From Bacteroidia bacterium (lineage in GTDB: Bacteria > Bacteroidota > Bacteroidia > Palsa-965), in NCBI GenBank assembly GCA_025454955.1, contig JALONL010000019.1, positions 46,570 to 110,569 of the forward strand: DNA of 64,000 bases, read 5' to 3'. The first letter of the stretch is position 1, and each line of letters opens with the position of its first letter. Below the pieces are notes generated by a model, which saw only the letters and a program-made list of their open reading frames with translations, was not told the origin of the DNA and did no database searches. Both the position numbers and the translations under genes were made by a program. This document shows positions 21,066 to 31,529 of the stretch, one piece after another.

Positions 21066-21866
21066 TCAAGCCCTCCGCCACAGCGCAAACAAATCCATAG
21101 TAATAGCCACACTATAATGAATAAGCACCCCAAGCCACACCGAACGGCTTTTCATACTCAATGTCCCCAGCACAATACCCGCCAGGATAGCCCCGAAAGT
21201 CTCAGGCATAGGCTTCCGGAAATGAATCATACAATAAGGCACCATCATCACCAGCACACTATAAAAACCAAACCGCGGCCTCAACCCCAGCGTCATAAAC
21301 CCGCGAAAGAAAAACTCCAGCGCCACAAACTGCCCGAAATAAAACAACTCCCAAATCCAGAACCGTGGCCAAAGCGGCTCGCCCGGATTGGGCTGATAGA
21401 AAGGATATTTCTGCTGAAAAGCAGCTGTGCCCGAGAAATTAGCCACCAGCGGAAACATCACCGCCAGCATAACCACATACAACGGCCAGCCCTGAAACGC
21501 ACCATTCAGCCTCAACCCATAATCGCCCAATGGCTCACGTAGTACAAAGCGAATGAGCAGCATGGGTATAAGCATATAATGCGTAATGCTTACCAATGCC
21601 CACCAAACCAATTGATGCAACTGTGCCGCTTCGTGATAAATACTCCATTCGGTAAACTGCCGTTGCAAACCGGTTAGTCCGCACTGACCAAGAAACTTCG
21701 CAAAATTTTCGGTATTACCTGCGTAGCTGATGAGCGTAAGGGCTACGGCTGTCCAAACCAGAATTACCCATGTTTTGCGGTGCGAGCCGGGCGTGGGATT
21801 CAGTTTTTCGGCCAGCGCATCGGCTTCGGCGGCTTGGTAAGTGCGGAGGAAAAGGTCTTTTATCAC
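21066..21866 (-). CDS. CPBP family intramembrane metalloprotease (CAAX/Abi-like)
   Basis: LEFFFRG, YCMIH and VLIHY motifs; multiple TM segments. The GTG start overlaps the tsaD stop. Confidence 0.85.
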   Translation of the reverse strand: MIKDLFLRTYQAAEADALAEKLNPTPGSHRKTWVILVWTAVALTLISYAGNTENFAKFLGQCGLTGLQRQFTEWSIYHEAAQLHQLVWWALVSITHYMLIPMLLIRFVLREPLGDYGLRLNGAFQGWPLYVVMLAVMFPLVANFSGTAAFQQKYPFYQPNPGEPLWPRFWIWELFYFGQFVALEFFFRGFMTLGLRPRFGFYSVLVMMVPYCMIHFRKPMPETFGAILAGIVLGTLSMKSRSVWLGVLIHYSVAITMDLFALWRRA

Positions 21867-22876
21867 AGACTGAAACGGGGGAGAGGTGGTGTGTCCTGCG
21901 CGGCTGTTTCGCCGGCCAGAAGCTGGAAGTGGCCGGCCATGGCTATCATGGCGGCATTGTCGGTGCAGTAGGCGAAGGGCGGGATGAATGTTTGCCATCC
22001 CTCGGTCTGGCCGGTTTGTGTGAGTGCCTGGCGCAAACCGCTATTGGCCGAAACGCCGCCCGCCAGTGCCACGCGGGTAATGCCGGTTTCTTTTACGGCC
22101 CGTTTCAGGCGTTTGATGAGTGTGCTAACAATGGTGTGCTGTATCGACGCGCAAATGTCGTGCAGGTGGTTCTGCACAAAATCGGGGTTGGCGGCGGTGT
22201 GATCGCGCACAAAGTAAAGCACGGCGGTTTTGAGTCCGCTGAAACTGAAATTGAGTCCGGGCACCTGACCTTCGGGAAAGGCAAATGCGTTGGGATTTCC
22301 CGTGGCGGCGTATTTGTCGATGAGCGGGCCGCCGGGGTAGGGAAGTCCCAGAATTTTTGCGCATTTGTCGAAGGCTTCGCCGGCGGCATCGTCAATGGTT
22401 TCGCCGATGAGCACAAAAGTGCGGGCATCATCCACACGCACTAACTGGGTATGTCCGCCCGAAACGGTGAGGCATAAAAACGGGAACTCAGGCACGGGGC
22501 GCTGGTCATTGTCGCGCACGAAATGAGCCAGAATATGGCCCTGCATGTGGTTTACGGCCAGCAGCGGTTTGTTCAGGGCCAGCGAAAATGCCTTGGCAAA
22601 TGAGCCGCCCACCAGCAACGCGCCCAGCAGTCCGGGTCCCTGCGTGTAGGCAATGCCGTCGAGCTCGTGCGGCTGCACACCGGCCTGGCGCAGGGCTTCG
22701 TGTACCACGGGCACCACCTGTTGCTGGTGCGCGCGCGATGCCAGCTCGGGAATTACGCCTCCCCATTGTTTGTGTACTTCCTGACCGGCCACCACATTGG
22801 CCAGCAGAAAGCCGTTGCGCAGCACAGCCGCAGCGGTTTCGTCGCACGATGATTCTATTCCGAGGATAAGCGGCAT
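21863..22876 (-). CDS. tsaD: tRNA N6-threonylcarbamoyladenosine biosynthesis protein TsaD
   Basis: ILGIESSCDET, PELASRAH, HMQGH, SGGHT, DDAAGEAFDK and TDNAAMIA. Confidence 0.97.
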   Translation of the reverse strand: MPLILGIESSCDETAAAVLRNGFLLANVVAGQEVHKQWGGVIPELASRAHQQQVVPVVHEALRQAGVQPHELDGIAYTQGPGLLGALLVGGSFAKAFSLALNKPLLAVNHMQGHILAHFVRDNDQRPVPEFPFLCLTVSGGHTQLVRVDDARTFVLIGETIDDAAGEAFDKCAKILGLPYPGGPLIDKYAATGNPNAFAFPEGQVPGLNFSFSGLKTAVLYFVRDHTAANPDFVQNHLHDICASIQHTIVSTLIKRLKRAVKETGITRVALAGGVSANSGLRQALTQTGQTEGWQTFIPPFAYCTDNAAMIAMAGHFQLLAGETAAQDTPPLPRFSL

Positions 22877-22998
22877 GGCTCTTTATGTTATTTTTGCAAA
22901 ATAAATCCCAGATTGCAGTAATTATTGGCGTTTCTGGCGTTGTAATTGCTGAGCGTGCAGGGCAGAACGTACTGCCATTACACGCAACCCACTGCTCT

Positions 22999-25900
22999 AT
23001 GGCTGAAAAACAGCGTATCGGTAGCAAAATTATCAAAAAGACGGGGCGCTGGCTGCTTAGGCTGGTGATCTTCTTGGTGGTATTGCTTACCGCGTCGTAT
23101 TTTCTCATTCAGCTTCCTGCAGTACAAACCTGGCTGGCGCAGCGCGCAGCCGCATGGCTTTCCGACGAACTGGAAACCCGCGTGGAGGTAAAAGGTGTAA
23201 ACATCCGCTTCTTTACCAAAGCCGTGCTCGAAGGCATTTACGTGGAAGACCGCCACGGCGATACACTGTTGCTGGCCGAAGAACTGGTGGCCGATGTGCG
23301 CCGGTTCAGCTACGAAAACAGGCAGCTTGCCATGCGCGATATTGCGCTCAAAAACGCCCACATCAAACTCAAAAAATATCCCAACGAACGCGGACTCAGC
23401 TACCGCTTCATCCTGATGCATTTCAAATCAACCGGCCCCAAAAAGCCAAAATCGAAATCGCCGTGGGATGTGCAGTTGGGCGGAATCACGCTTGATAATG
23501 TGCGCATGGAATACATCGACCTGCGCGATTCGATTGACGATCCCGGAATGGATTTCGAAAACATCCGCGTAAGGGAAATGAGTGCGCATTTTGCCGATAT
23601 AAAACCGCAGGGCGATTCGGTACTGATGCATCTCGATTACCTGCGCGCAAAAGAACACAGCGGCTTTGAACTCAAAGAATTCAATGCTGATCTTACTCTG
23701 AGCGAAGAATACGCACATTTCCGCAAACTCAATATCCACACACCCGAAAGCACCATTCACGGCGATCTGAAATTTGTGTACGACAGCATCGAGGCCATTG
23801 AAGACGACTTCATCAACCTTGTACGTATGCAGGGCCGTTTCGACAGTACCACCATTGAAATGGCCGATGTGGCTTATTTCGGGCACGAACTGCTGGGCAT
23901 ACGCGAACGGGTAACGCTGAGCGGCGAAGTAAACGGCACGGTAAACAGGCTGCGCTGCAAAAACATGCGGCTCGGCTTTGCGCGCAATTCGGTAATTGCA
24001 GGCAATTTCAGTTTCAACGGCTTGCCCGATATTGAGACTACCGACATGAATTTCCGCATCAAAGAATTGCGCACCAGTTATTACGACCTGGGCAGTTTGC
24101 CCTATCCGCCTTTCCCCAAAGGCGATTCGCTGCTGCCGCATTTACCGGCCGAAATGGCCAAACTGGGCGGAATTTATTTCAGCGGCATTTACGAAGGCTT
24201 TCTCACCGAGTTTGTGGCGCACGGAAATTTCAGCACCTCGCTGGGCAAACTCAATCTCGAAAACTTAGCCATGTCGCAGCCCGATTCGACCTCGCCGTTT
24301 ATCTATCGGGGAAGGGTGGCGGCCAATGGATTTGATTTCGGCACTTTGCTGGATGTGCCCGGATTGGGTACCGTGTCGGGTGTGGTGGATATCGACGGTA
24401 AAGGATTGAGTACTGATGAAGTGGATGCCAAAGTAAACGGGCAGTTGAGCGCAGTGTATTTCCAAAAATACAACTATCAGAATATTGCCATTCAAAACGG
24501 GCATCTCTATCACGGTACTTATGATGTGGGCCAGCTCGAAATGCGCGACCCGAATGCGGGGCTTTCGTTTTCGGGCAAGGTAAATTTCAGCAGTGCAGTG
24601 CCGGTAATGGATTTTACGGCGGCTATTGATTCGGCCAATCTCGGGGCGCTGGGTTTTCTCGATTCGGCCGGGCAGCATATTCTTACCACCGGACTTGAAA
24701 TGCGCCTCAAAGGCAGCAACATCGACAATATTACCGGCACCATCGGCATCCAGCAACTCGATTACGAGCGAAACGGCGAACAGTATTCGTTTAATCAGCT
24801 TACGCTAAATGCGCAGAATTTCGAAGACAGCACCCGCACTATTGCGCTCGAATCAGACATTGCCACGGCTACCATAAAAGGAAAGTTTCAGTTGCTCGAA
24901 CTTCCCGCCACGGTGCAGAATCTTTTGTCGGACTACCTGCCTGCTTATTTCCCGCCGCCGCCACCACCTGATCCCGACAATAAAAAGAAAAATAAAAAAA
25001 CTCCCGATCAGCTTTTCACCTATTACCTCACCTTCAACCAGAATACACGTCCGGTTGAAGTACTTGCACCCGGTTTGGTCATCAAACCCGGCACCTTTCT
25101 GAAAGGCAGTTTCGATACACGCAAACGCCGCCTCGAAGGACTTCTCGATTCAGACGGCATTGCCTGGAAAGGCACACGTTTCGAAGGACTTCACAGCATT
25201 TCATTTTCCAACACCGGCAGGCGCGGCGAACTAAACGGCCGCATCAACCGCATTGCACTGAGCGATTCAGTGGGTCTGGGCAATGTGGTAATCAAAAGCA
25301 CAGCTTCCAACGATTCGCTGCTTTCGCGTTTAGACTGGAATAATCTGAGTACACGCCGCAACGAAGGCAAGGTGCTGCTGCTTACCCGTTTCTTCGGCGG
25401 AAGTTCAATGAGTATGCAACTGCTCAACGCCGGGCTCTGGCTCAACGATTCGCTCTGGCAGGTGGCCGCAGGCAACGAAGTGCGCATCGACTCAAGCCGG
25501 ATTGCGTTTACCAATCTGCGTTTCACTTCGGGCAAACAACTCATCGGACTCAACGGCACGGTTTCCAATAGTCCCACCGATCAGCTTGTGGTAAGCCTCA
25601 ACCAGTTCAACCTGCAACACCTGAATTATTTCACACAGTCGTCGGGAGTATCATTTAAAGGCTTTGTAGGCGGACAAACCACACTTTCTGAACTTTACGG
25701 AACGCCCATTTTTACCAGCAATACCGAGTTTAACGAGTTATTTGTAAACGGCCAGAAAATAGGGCAGGGACAGATGGATGCAGTGTGGGACAAGGCCCGC
25801 ACTGCAGTGTATATGCACGGGGAGTTTTCGCGCGGGGTGATTAGTCCCGAAACCAATACGCCTATCATAAATATTCTTTTTGAAGGCTACTATTATCCGC

Positions 25901-27651
25901 AGCGTACCACCGAAAACCTCGATGTGGATCTTAATCTTTTCGGTATCGAACTGGCCGTTTTACAACCCCTGCTGAAAGATTTTTGCAGCCGCATGTTTGG
26001 TTCCATTGGCGGAAAAATTCATGTGGGTGGTACGCTCAATCATCCCGAATTTAACGGCGAAGCCGATGTGTGGATTAAAAAAGCATCCATCGACTATCTC
26101 GGTATTTATGTAAAAGCCCCCGAACAAAAAATATATATTGAATCCAATTCTTTTTATTTCAACGATTATCAGGTGGCCGATTCCTGCGGCAATAAAGCCA
26201 AGATATATGGCCACCTTTATCACGATAATTTCACGCGGTTTCAGTTCGACATGGACTTTGCCCTGAACAAGTTTATGGTACTGAACACTAACGAAAAGAG
26301 CAATGATTTGTATTACGGAAACGTATTTGCAAGCGGCTACATGAACGTGTTTGGTTTTGTGGATGAAAAAATTTCGATAAGTATAAACGCCAAAACCGAG
26401 AGTATAGATTACAACGGTTCGCGCATACGCTCGGTATTCAATATTCCCATGACCTATACTTCGGAAGTGGGCGATAATGATTTTGTGTATTTCAGCAGCG
26501 ACACAGTGGCCGTGCGCAAATCGCAGGCCAACCAGTTTAAGAGCAACGGCATTGAAATGCTGCTCAATATCGAAGCCACCGAGGATGCGGATGTGAACGT
26601 AATTTTCGACGAGAAAGTGGGCGACAAAATAAATGCCCGCGGCAAAGGCAATCTCGAAATGCGCGTAAGCGAGCAGGGCGATTTTACCATGCAGGGGCAA
26701 TATCAGGTAAGCAGCGGCGAATATTTGTTTACCCTCAAAAACGTCATCTTTGCGCCCTTTAAATTATCGCCGGGCGGCACCATCAGCTGGAGCGGAAACC
26801 CCGAACAGGCCATTATTGATGCCGATGCCGTGTATAAAGCCAATGCTTCGGTTGAACCTTTCTTTCCGCTCGATACCATTAATCCTGCCTACCGGAAAAA
26901 TTACCCGGTGGATGTGGTGATGCACCTCGACAGTAACCTCATGAACCCGCAGATTGCTTTCGATATCGAACTGCCCACCGCCGACCAGACCATCCGCGAA
27001 ACGGTAAAGAGTTTTACACAGATAGAACTTGAACGCAACAAGCAGGTGCTTTCGCTCATCGTACTCAACAGTTTTATTACCCCTCAGGAATTCCGCGACG
27101 GGGCCACGAGCAGCAATTTAGCCTCGGGAACGAGCAATACACTGCTGTCAAATTTCGTGTCGGGCACACTCAACAACTGGCTTTCGCAAATCAGCAACGA
27201 TTTTTCGGTGCAGGTGAAATACAGGCCCAACGACGATGTAAGTCCAGGCGAACTGAAACTGTACATGCAAACTGCCGTGCTCAACAACCGCGTTACGATT
27301 GACGGAAACTTTGGCCGCCAGGAACAAACGCAATCGTCGGTAACCAACGTGCAGTGGGTGGGCGATTTGAATGTGGAGTACAAAGTAACCGACGACGGCA
27401 AGATACGTTTACGCGCCTTCAACCGCTCGAACGACAACACACTGCTCAACGCCACTGCCCCGTTTACGCAGGGCGTGGGTGTGTTTTACCGCGAAGACTT
27501 CAACAGCTTTTCGGAACTGATGCAGCGGTATAAAAAGTACCTCGAAAATGAGAAAAAGCAGCAGGAAGATCCCAAACTCCCCGGCAAACCTCCGGTTGAA
27601 GCTCCCGCGCCCGATTCCACCCGGAAAGATTCATTGCCCGGCCCGCGTTAA
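22999..27651 (+). CDS. tamB: translocation/assembly module TamB (AsmA-like) protein
   Basis: N-terminal TM helix, long beta-taco repeats, and C-terminal DUF490-like GTISWSGNP...GDLNVEYK...QGVGVFYREDF. Confidence 0.85.
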   Translation: MAEKQRIGSKIIKKTGRWLLRLVIFLVVLLTASYFLIQLPAVQTWLAQRAAAWLSDELETRVEVKGVNIRFFTKAVLEGIYVEDRHGDTLLLAEELVADVRRFSYENRQLAMRDIALKNAHIKLKKYPNERGLSYRFILMHFKSTGPKKPKSKSPWDVQLGGITLDNVRMEYIDLRDSIDDPGMDFENIRVREMSAHFADIKPQGDSVLMHLDYLRAKEHSGFELKEFNADLTLSEEYAHFRKLNIHTPESTIHGDLKFVYDSIEAIEDDFINLVRMQGRFDSTTIEMADVAYFGHELLGIRERVTLSGEVNGTVNRLRCKNMRLGFARNSVIAGNFSFNGLPDIETTDMNFRIKELRTSYYDLGSLPYPPFPKGDSLLPHLPAEMAKLGGIYFSGIYEGFLTEFVAHGNFSTSLGKLNLENLAMSQPDSTSPFIYRGRVAANGFDFGTLLDVPGLGTVSGVVDIDGKGLSTDEVDAKVNGQLSAVYFQKYNYQNIAIQNGHLYHGTYDVGQLEMRDPNAGLSFSGKVNFSSAVPVMDFTAAIDSANLGALGFLDSAGQHILTTGLEMRLKGSNIDNITGTIGIQQLDYERNGEQYSFNQLTLNAQNFEDSTRTIALESDIATATIKGKFQLLELPATVQNLLSDYLPAYFPPPPPPDPDNKKKNKKTPDQLFTYYLTFNQNTRPVEVLAPGLVIKPGTFLKGSFDTRKRRLEGLLDSDGIAWKGTRFEGLHSISFSNTGRRGELNGRINRIALSDSVGLGNVVIKSTASNDSLLSRLDWNNLSTRRNEGKVLLLTRFFGGSSMSMQLLNAGLWLNDSLWQVAAGNEVRIDSSRIAFTNLRFTSGKQLIGLNGTVSNSPTDQLVVSLNQFNLQHLNYFTQSSGVSFKGFVGGQTTLSELYGTPIFTSNTEFNELFVNGQKIGQGQMDAVWDKARTAVYMHGEFSRGVISPETNTPIINILFEGYYYPQRTTENLDVDLNLFGIELAVLQPLLKDFCSRMFGSIGGKIHVGGTLNHPEFNGEADVWIKKASIDYLGIYVKAPEQKIYIESNSFYFNDYQVADSCGNKAKIYGHLYHDNFTRFQFDMDFALNKFMVLNTNEKSNDLYYGNVFASGYMNVFGFVDEKISISINAKTESIDYNGSRIRSVFNIPMTYTSEVGDNDFVYFSSDTVAVRKSQANQFKSNGIEMLLNIEATEDADVNVIFDEKVGDKINARGKGNLEMRVSEQGDFTMQGQYQVSSGEYLFTLKNVIFAPFKLSPGGTISWSGNPEQAIIDADAVYKANASVEPFFPLDTINPAYRKNYPVDVVMHLDSNLMNPQIAFDIELPTADQTIRETVKSFTQIELERNKQVLSLIVLNSFITPQEFRDGATSSNLASGTSNTLLSNFVSGTLNNWLSQISNDFSVQVKYRPNDDVSPGELKLYMQTAVLNNRVTIDGNFGRQEQTQSSVTNVQWVGDLNVEYKVTDDGKIRLRAFNRSNDNTLLNATAPFTQGVGVFYREDFNSFSELMQRYKKYLENEKKQQEDPKLPGKPPVEAPAPDSTRKDSLPGPR

Positions 27652-28295
27652 TTATGGCCGTCGCTGAGTATTACACTAATGCCCAGCGAAAACGAACTGC
27701 GGCGGTTTTGCAAGCGGAAGTAACTATTACCGCCATTCACAAAGTCAATATCACCCTTGGTGAAATACATGTTGTATCTGGCCACAAACATGGCTTTGTT
27801 TATCCGCAAATGCACTCCGGCCACACTTCCAAACCAGAGCCAGCGGGTATCTTCTTTTTCGCTGTAACCCGACAATCCGGTATGATTTAAAATGCACACC
27901 GTGGGGCCGGCCTGAAAGCTTACAATGTTTCGCTTGTCGGCAATTCCGGGCAAAAACCTGAAATCAAACATCAACTGCGAAAAATCGGCATAGTAATTCT
28001 TGAATTGAAACCCGGTTTTGTTCACTGCCACGCCCAGCTCGCCGGTGAGTGTAAATCCGTTGGTAAACCTTACGGTGGTAAACTCGCTCACACCCGCATT
28101 GAAATCTTTCGAAAACATTTTCGCCCGCACGAACGTGCCGGTTTCAGAACCGTTTACCGGGTCGATGAAAGTTAATACGGGATTGTCGAGCCGACGGTGA
28201 AACTCTACACGTGCTCCGCTGTAAGTTTGTGCTATTCCCTCTGTAAACTGGCACACTACAGCAAAGCAGACCAAAAGTCTGATTGCTTTTTTCAT
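27648..28295 (-). CDS. hypothetical exported protein, probably an outer-membrane beta-barrel
   Basis: Signal peptide and alternating beta-strands; near-terminal SFSLGISV. Confidence 0.5.
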   Translation of the reverse strand: MKKAIRLLVCFAVVCQFTEGIAQTYSGARVEFHRRLDNPVLTFIDPVNGSETGTFVRAKMFSKDFNAGVSEFTTVRFTNGFTLTGELGVAVNKTGFQFKNYYADFSQLMFDFRFLPGIADKRNIVSFQAGPTVCILNHTGLSGYSEKEDTRWLWFGSVAGVHLRINKAMFVARYNMYFTKGDIDFVNGGNSYFRLQNRRSSFSLGISVILSDGHN

Positions 28296-28395
28296 GTTGG
28301 TTTGGATAAAATTTGGCGTGTGCCAGAGGGAAGTCCAAATGTAAAAATTTGGTTTGGGCTAAAGGTGTTACTAAACATCAAATTTCTTTCATACA

Positions 28396-28432
28396 AAAAA
28401 CTCCCGGTTGCCACATGCAACCGGGAGTTTTT
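28396..28432 (-). terminator. yidC intrinsic terminator
   Basis: AAAAACTCCCGGTTGC / GCAACCGGGAGTTTTT inverted repeat. Confidence 0.8.
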
Positions 28433-28453
28433 ATGAATGTATCGAAACGCAAA

Positions 28454-30388
28454 TTACTTTTTCTTCTTATTGTTCTGCTGCCCCTGCTGCAACTGTTTGG
28501 CGCGCTCGCGTTGGGCGGCTTCGAGGCGTTGCATGAGGCCCGATTTTTTGACCGGCTTTTTCTTGTTCTCCTCAATCTTGGTGCGTATGGCTCCTTCATC
28601 CACAAACCGGCGCATGAGGAACATTTGCAGAAAGGTAATCATGTTGCTCAGGAAGTAGTAATAACTGAGCGCCGCAGAGGTGGAGTTGAGGAAGCCGAGG
28701 AACATTACGGGCATCAGGTACATGAGCCATTTCATGCCCGGAAGCTGGTTGCCGGTGGCCAGCATCTGCTGGTTCATCCAGGTGTAGAGCAGGGTGGAAG
28801 CGGTCATGAGCAGCGCAAACAAGCTTACGTGATCGCCGTAGAACGGAATTTTAAAGCCCAGATCGAGGATGGAGTCGTAGGTAGAAAGGTCTTCGGCCCA
28901 GAGGAATTCCGACTGGCGCAGTTCAAACACCGTGGGGAAGAAACGCAGCAGGGCAAACAGAATGGGTAGTTGCAGCAGCAGCGGAATACAGCCGGCCATG
29001 GGGTTTACACCGGCTTTGCGGTATAAAGCCATTGTTTCCTGCTGCTTCTTCATCGGATCGCCGTCTTTGAATTTCTCGTTAATCTCGTCGATCTCGGGTT
29101 TGAGCACCCGCATTTTGGCCGATGAAAGGAACGATTTGTAGGCAATCGGGAAAAGCACAATTTTTACAATAATGGTCAGCAGCAGAATAATTATACCATA
29201 GTTGCTGCTCAGGTTCGAAAGCCAGCCGAAAATGGGCATAATGGCGTACTTATTGAGCCAGCCGAAAAGGCTGAAACCAAGATCAACCTGCTTTTCGAGA
29301 CCGAGGTTGTATGATTTGAGTGCTTTGTAATTGGTGGTACCGAAGTAAAATTTCATGGGGAAAGAGGAAATTCCCGTTTCGTTTACCGGAACCGGTGTTT
29401 CCACGGCCATGCCTTTTACATAGCCTTCGGCATTTTCGGCAGGTACGCTTACTCCAAATGTGGAGCCGTTGGTAAATTTACTATCGGCAATAAGTACCGA
29501 GGTGAAATATTGCTGTTTGAAGGCCACCCATTTCAAATCGCCGGTGGGTGTTTGTACTTCGCTTTCGGCAAGGCTTAAACTTTCCACATCCTCATCGCCG
29601 TCAATCTGAAAGTAAAGTGTGGAAACCATGCGTTGGTTATCAATGCTTTTTTCCTGCGTGGGTGTGTGCATGGCCCAGGCAAGCATTACATCTTTCTGGT
29701 CTTTGCCCATCATTTTGCCAGCGTTCATAACGTTCACCGTGCAGTTTACCAGATCACTGTTTCCCGAAAGTGTGTATTTGTATTCAATGTACGTATCGGG
29801 CTGCCCGTCGGCAGTGAGGCGGAAAGAAACCGATTTGGAGTCTTTGCCGGTTACGCTGAAACTTCCGCTGTTTGAGGTAAAGTAAAGCGAATCGGTGGTA
29901 ACCCGGCGGCGGCTGATGTCGAAAAAGTTGAGGCCGAAACGGGTAGAATCGCTGGTAAAGAGGCGAAGATGATCCGCAGATTTGTTTTGTTTCTGTTTGT
30001 AGGTCTGGTAGCCTTTCAGTTCAACCGATCCGATGCGCCCGCCTTTGGGATAAATGAACACGCGCATTTTTTCGTTTTCGAGCACCACCGGTTCGTTTTT
30101 GCCTTTGGCAGCACCCGAAAACATGCCCCAGCGCTGTGCTTCCTGCACCAGTTTAAGCGAATCGGCGTTGAGTGTGGTATCGGCAGCCACCAGCTTTTTC
30201 AGGCTGTCGCTTACGCGGGCGGCTTTTTTATCGGCTTCGAGTTTGCGCGCCGCTTCCACGCGGGCCACCGAGTCGTTGTACTTTTTCTTGATTTCGGCCT
30301 CTTGCTGGTTCCGGGAGTTTGTCCAGGTCATCCATGCAGTAAGAATTACCGCAATAATGCCAAAGCCGATTAGTGATTTACGATCCAT
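28454..30388 (-). CDS. yidC: membrane protein insertase YidC
   Basis: NYGIIILLLT, SSAKMRVLKPEI, GVNPMAGCIP and FLWAEDLS. Confidence 0.96.
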   Translation of the reverse strand: MDRKSLIGFGIIAVILTAWMTWTNSRNQQEAEIKKKYNDSVARVEAARKLEADKKAARVSDSLKKLVAADTTLNADSLKLVQEAQRWGMFSGAAKGKNEPVVLENEKMRVFIYPKGGRIGSVELKGYQTYKQKQNKSADHLRLFTSDSTRFGLNFFDISRRRVTTDSLYFTSNSGSFSVTGKDSKSVSFRLTADGQPDTYIEYKYTLSGNSDLVNCTVNVMNAGKMMGKDQKDVMLAWAMHTPTQEKSIDNQRMVSTLYFQIDGDEDVESLSLAESEVQTPTGDLKWVAFKQQYFTSVLIADSKFTNGSTFGVSVPAENAEGYVKGMAVETPVPVNETGISSFPMKFYFGTTNYKALKSYNLGLEKQVDLGFSLFGWLNKYAIMPIFGWLSNLSSNYGIIILLLTIIVKIVLFPIAYKSFLSSAKMRVLKPEIDEINEKFKDGDPMKKQQETMALYRKAGVNPMAGCIPLLLQLPILFALLRFFPTVFELRQSEFLWAEDLSTYDSILDLGFKIPFYGDHVSLFALLMTASTLLYTWMNQQMLATGNQLPGMKWLMYLMPVMFLGFLNSTSAALSYYYFLSNMITFLQMFLMRRFVDEGAIRTKIEENKKKPVKKSGLMQRLEAAQRERAKQLQQGQQNNKKKK

Positions 30389-30479
30389 CGAATTGAATTA
30401 TGTATGCCGCAAATTGCAGCCCGCAAAAATACAGAAAAAGGGCACAGGCGGTACAAAAAAAGCCTGTTTTGAAGTCATA

Positions 30480-30865
30480 TTATGCCGATCCGCCATCCGT
30501 TTCGTCCTTCCTCTTCTTTTTCAGCAATTCGGCTATCTGAGCCATTACAGACTCCGGCGCCTGTCCGTTTCTGTAGCGTTTGATAATTCTTCGGGGAACT
30601 TTTCCCACCCTGTCGGCAATAATTAATGAATCGTAGGCAAGACACATTGCTGCGCCCTCCGGCGAATTGGCCAAAACCACAAAACTGTATTGATAACGAT
30701 GAGATTGATGAACCGATTTCGAAGTAGGACAAATCAATACATCACAGTTTATCCCGTCGTCCTTAATACAATGGCAGTGCGATAGGTAAATTTTGAAGGA
30801 TCTTCCTGATTAGGTACGGGACATTGAACAACAGCACCACGTCCGAATTTTTCATTTCCGGACAT
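30480..30865 (-). pseudogene. MazF/PemK-like endoribonuclease toxin interrupted by a 1-nt frameshift
   Basis: Frame A from ATG 30865 reads MSGNEKFGRGAVVQCPVPNQEDPSKFTYRTAIVL. The reading continues in another frame as KDDGINCDVLICPTSK...LAYDSLIIADRVGKVPRRII...MAQIAELL. One extra A near 30763 would give a 128-aa protein. Confidence 0.65.
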
Positions 30866-31448
30866 ACCTGTTTTTCAATAGATCATGCGTATCTCTGGCA
30901 TATATTTTATCAGAATCATCCTGCCAGATGTCTTTGTTGTCGTTCAAAAATTGAGAATAAGCGGCCGATTCTTCGGCCGAAAGAACCGGCATTTCGGCAA
31001 ACAATACAGATTCGTATAATTTTTCAAGGCGAATCACTTTATTGAGCAAACTGGAAATACCCCAACGAATAAGTTTGCGGAATGGAAACCAGCCGAGTTT
31101 CTCCACTTCAATTAACTGACCGGCAGTAACTGCTTTAAGTTCAGAAATGGTCTGATAGCGTGATTCTGTTTTTTCGAAAGAATAAGTATGAAGATTTTTT
31201 TTGGTTCGGCGCAGGATATAAACCATCATCAGGTTAAATGCCGAATAGGAAAAAAGACAGAGAGGAACCAAAAAAACAAAATAGAAAACAAACCATAAAG
31301 TAATCAGCAGAATTACAAAAGGCAGTAAAAACCAGCTATTCAGTGCTGACGGATTTTTTACCTGTGTGGATGAAGCAGTAATACGGGAAGAGGCCACAAA
31401 AAAATTGTTTGCAGCTTCTAAGTTATCGCTGTAATAAAGTGCTGACAT
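30852..31448 (-). CDS. transmembrane hypothetical protein, candidate antitoxin
   Basis: Long hydrophobic stretch at about aa 39-78; acidic tail DIWQDDSDKIY; overlaps the toxin start by 14 nt; own TATATTTG box at 31476-31469. Confidence 0.6.
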   Translation of the reverse strand: MSALYYSDNLEAANNFFVASSRITASSTQVKNPSALNSWFLLPFVILLITLWFVFYFVFLVPLCLFSYSAFNLMMVYILRRTKKNLHTYSFEKTESRYQTISELKAVTAGQLIEVEKLGWFPFRKLIRWGISSLLNKVIRLEKLYESVLFAEMPVLSAEESAAYSQFLNDNKDIWQDDSDKIYARDTHDLLKNRYVRK

Positions 31449-31478
31449 ATTACTAAACTTCGTATTTACAAATATACA

Positions 31479-31513
31479 AAAAAGCCCGGATAAGTCAATA
31501 TATCCGGGCTTTT
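31479..31513 (-). terminator. M13 peptidase terminator
   Basis: AAAAGCCCGGATA / TATCCGGGCTTTT inverted repeat. Confidence 0.8.
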
Positions 31514-31529
31514 CACATTAATCACAGGA

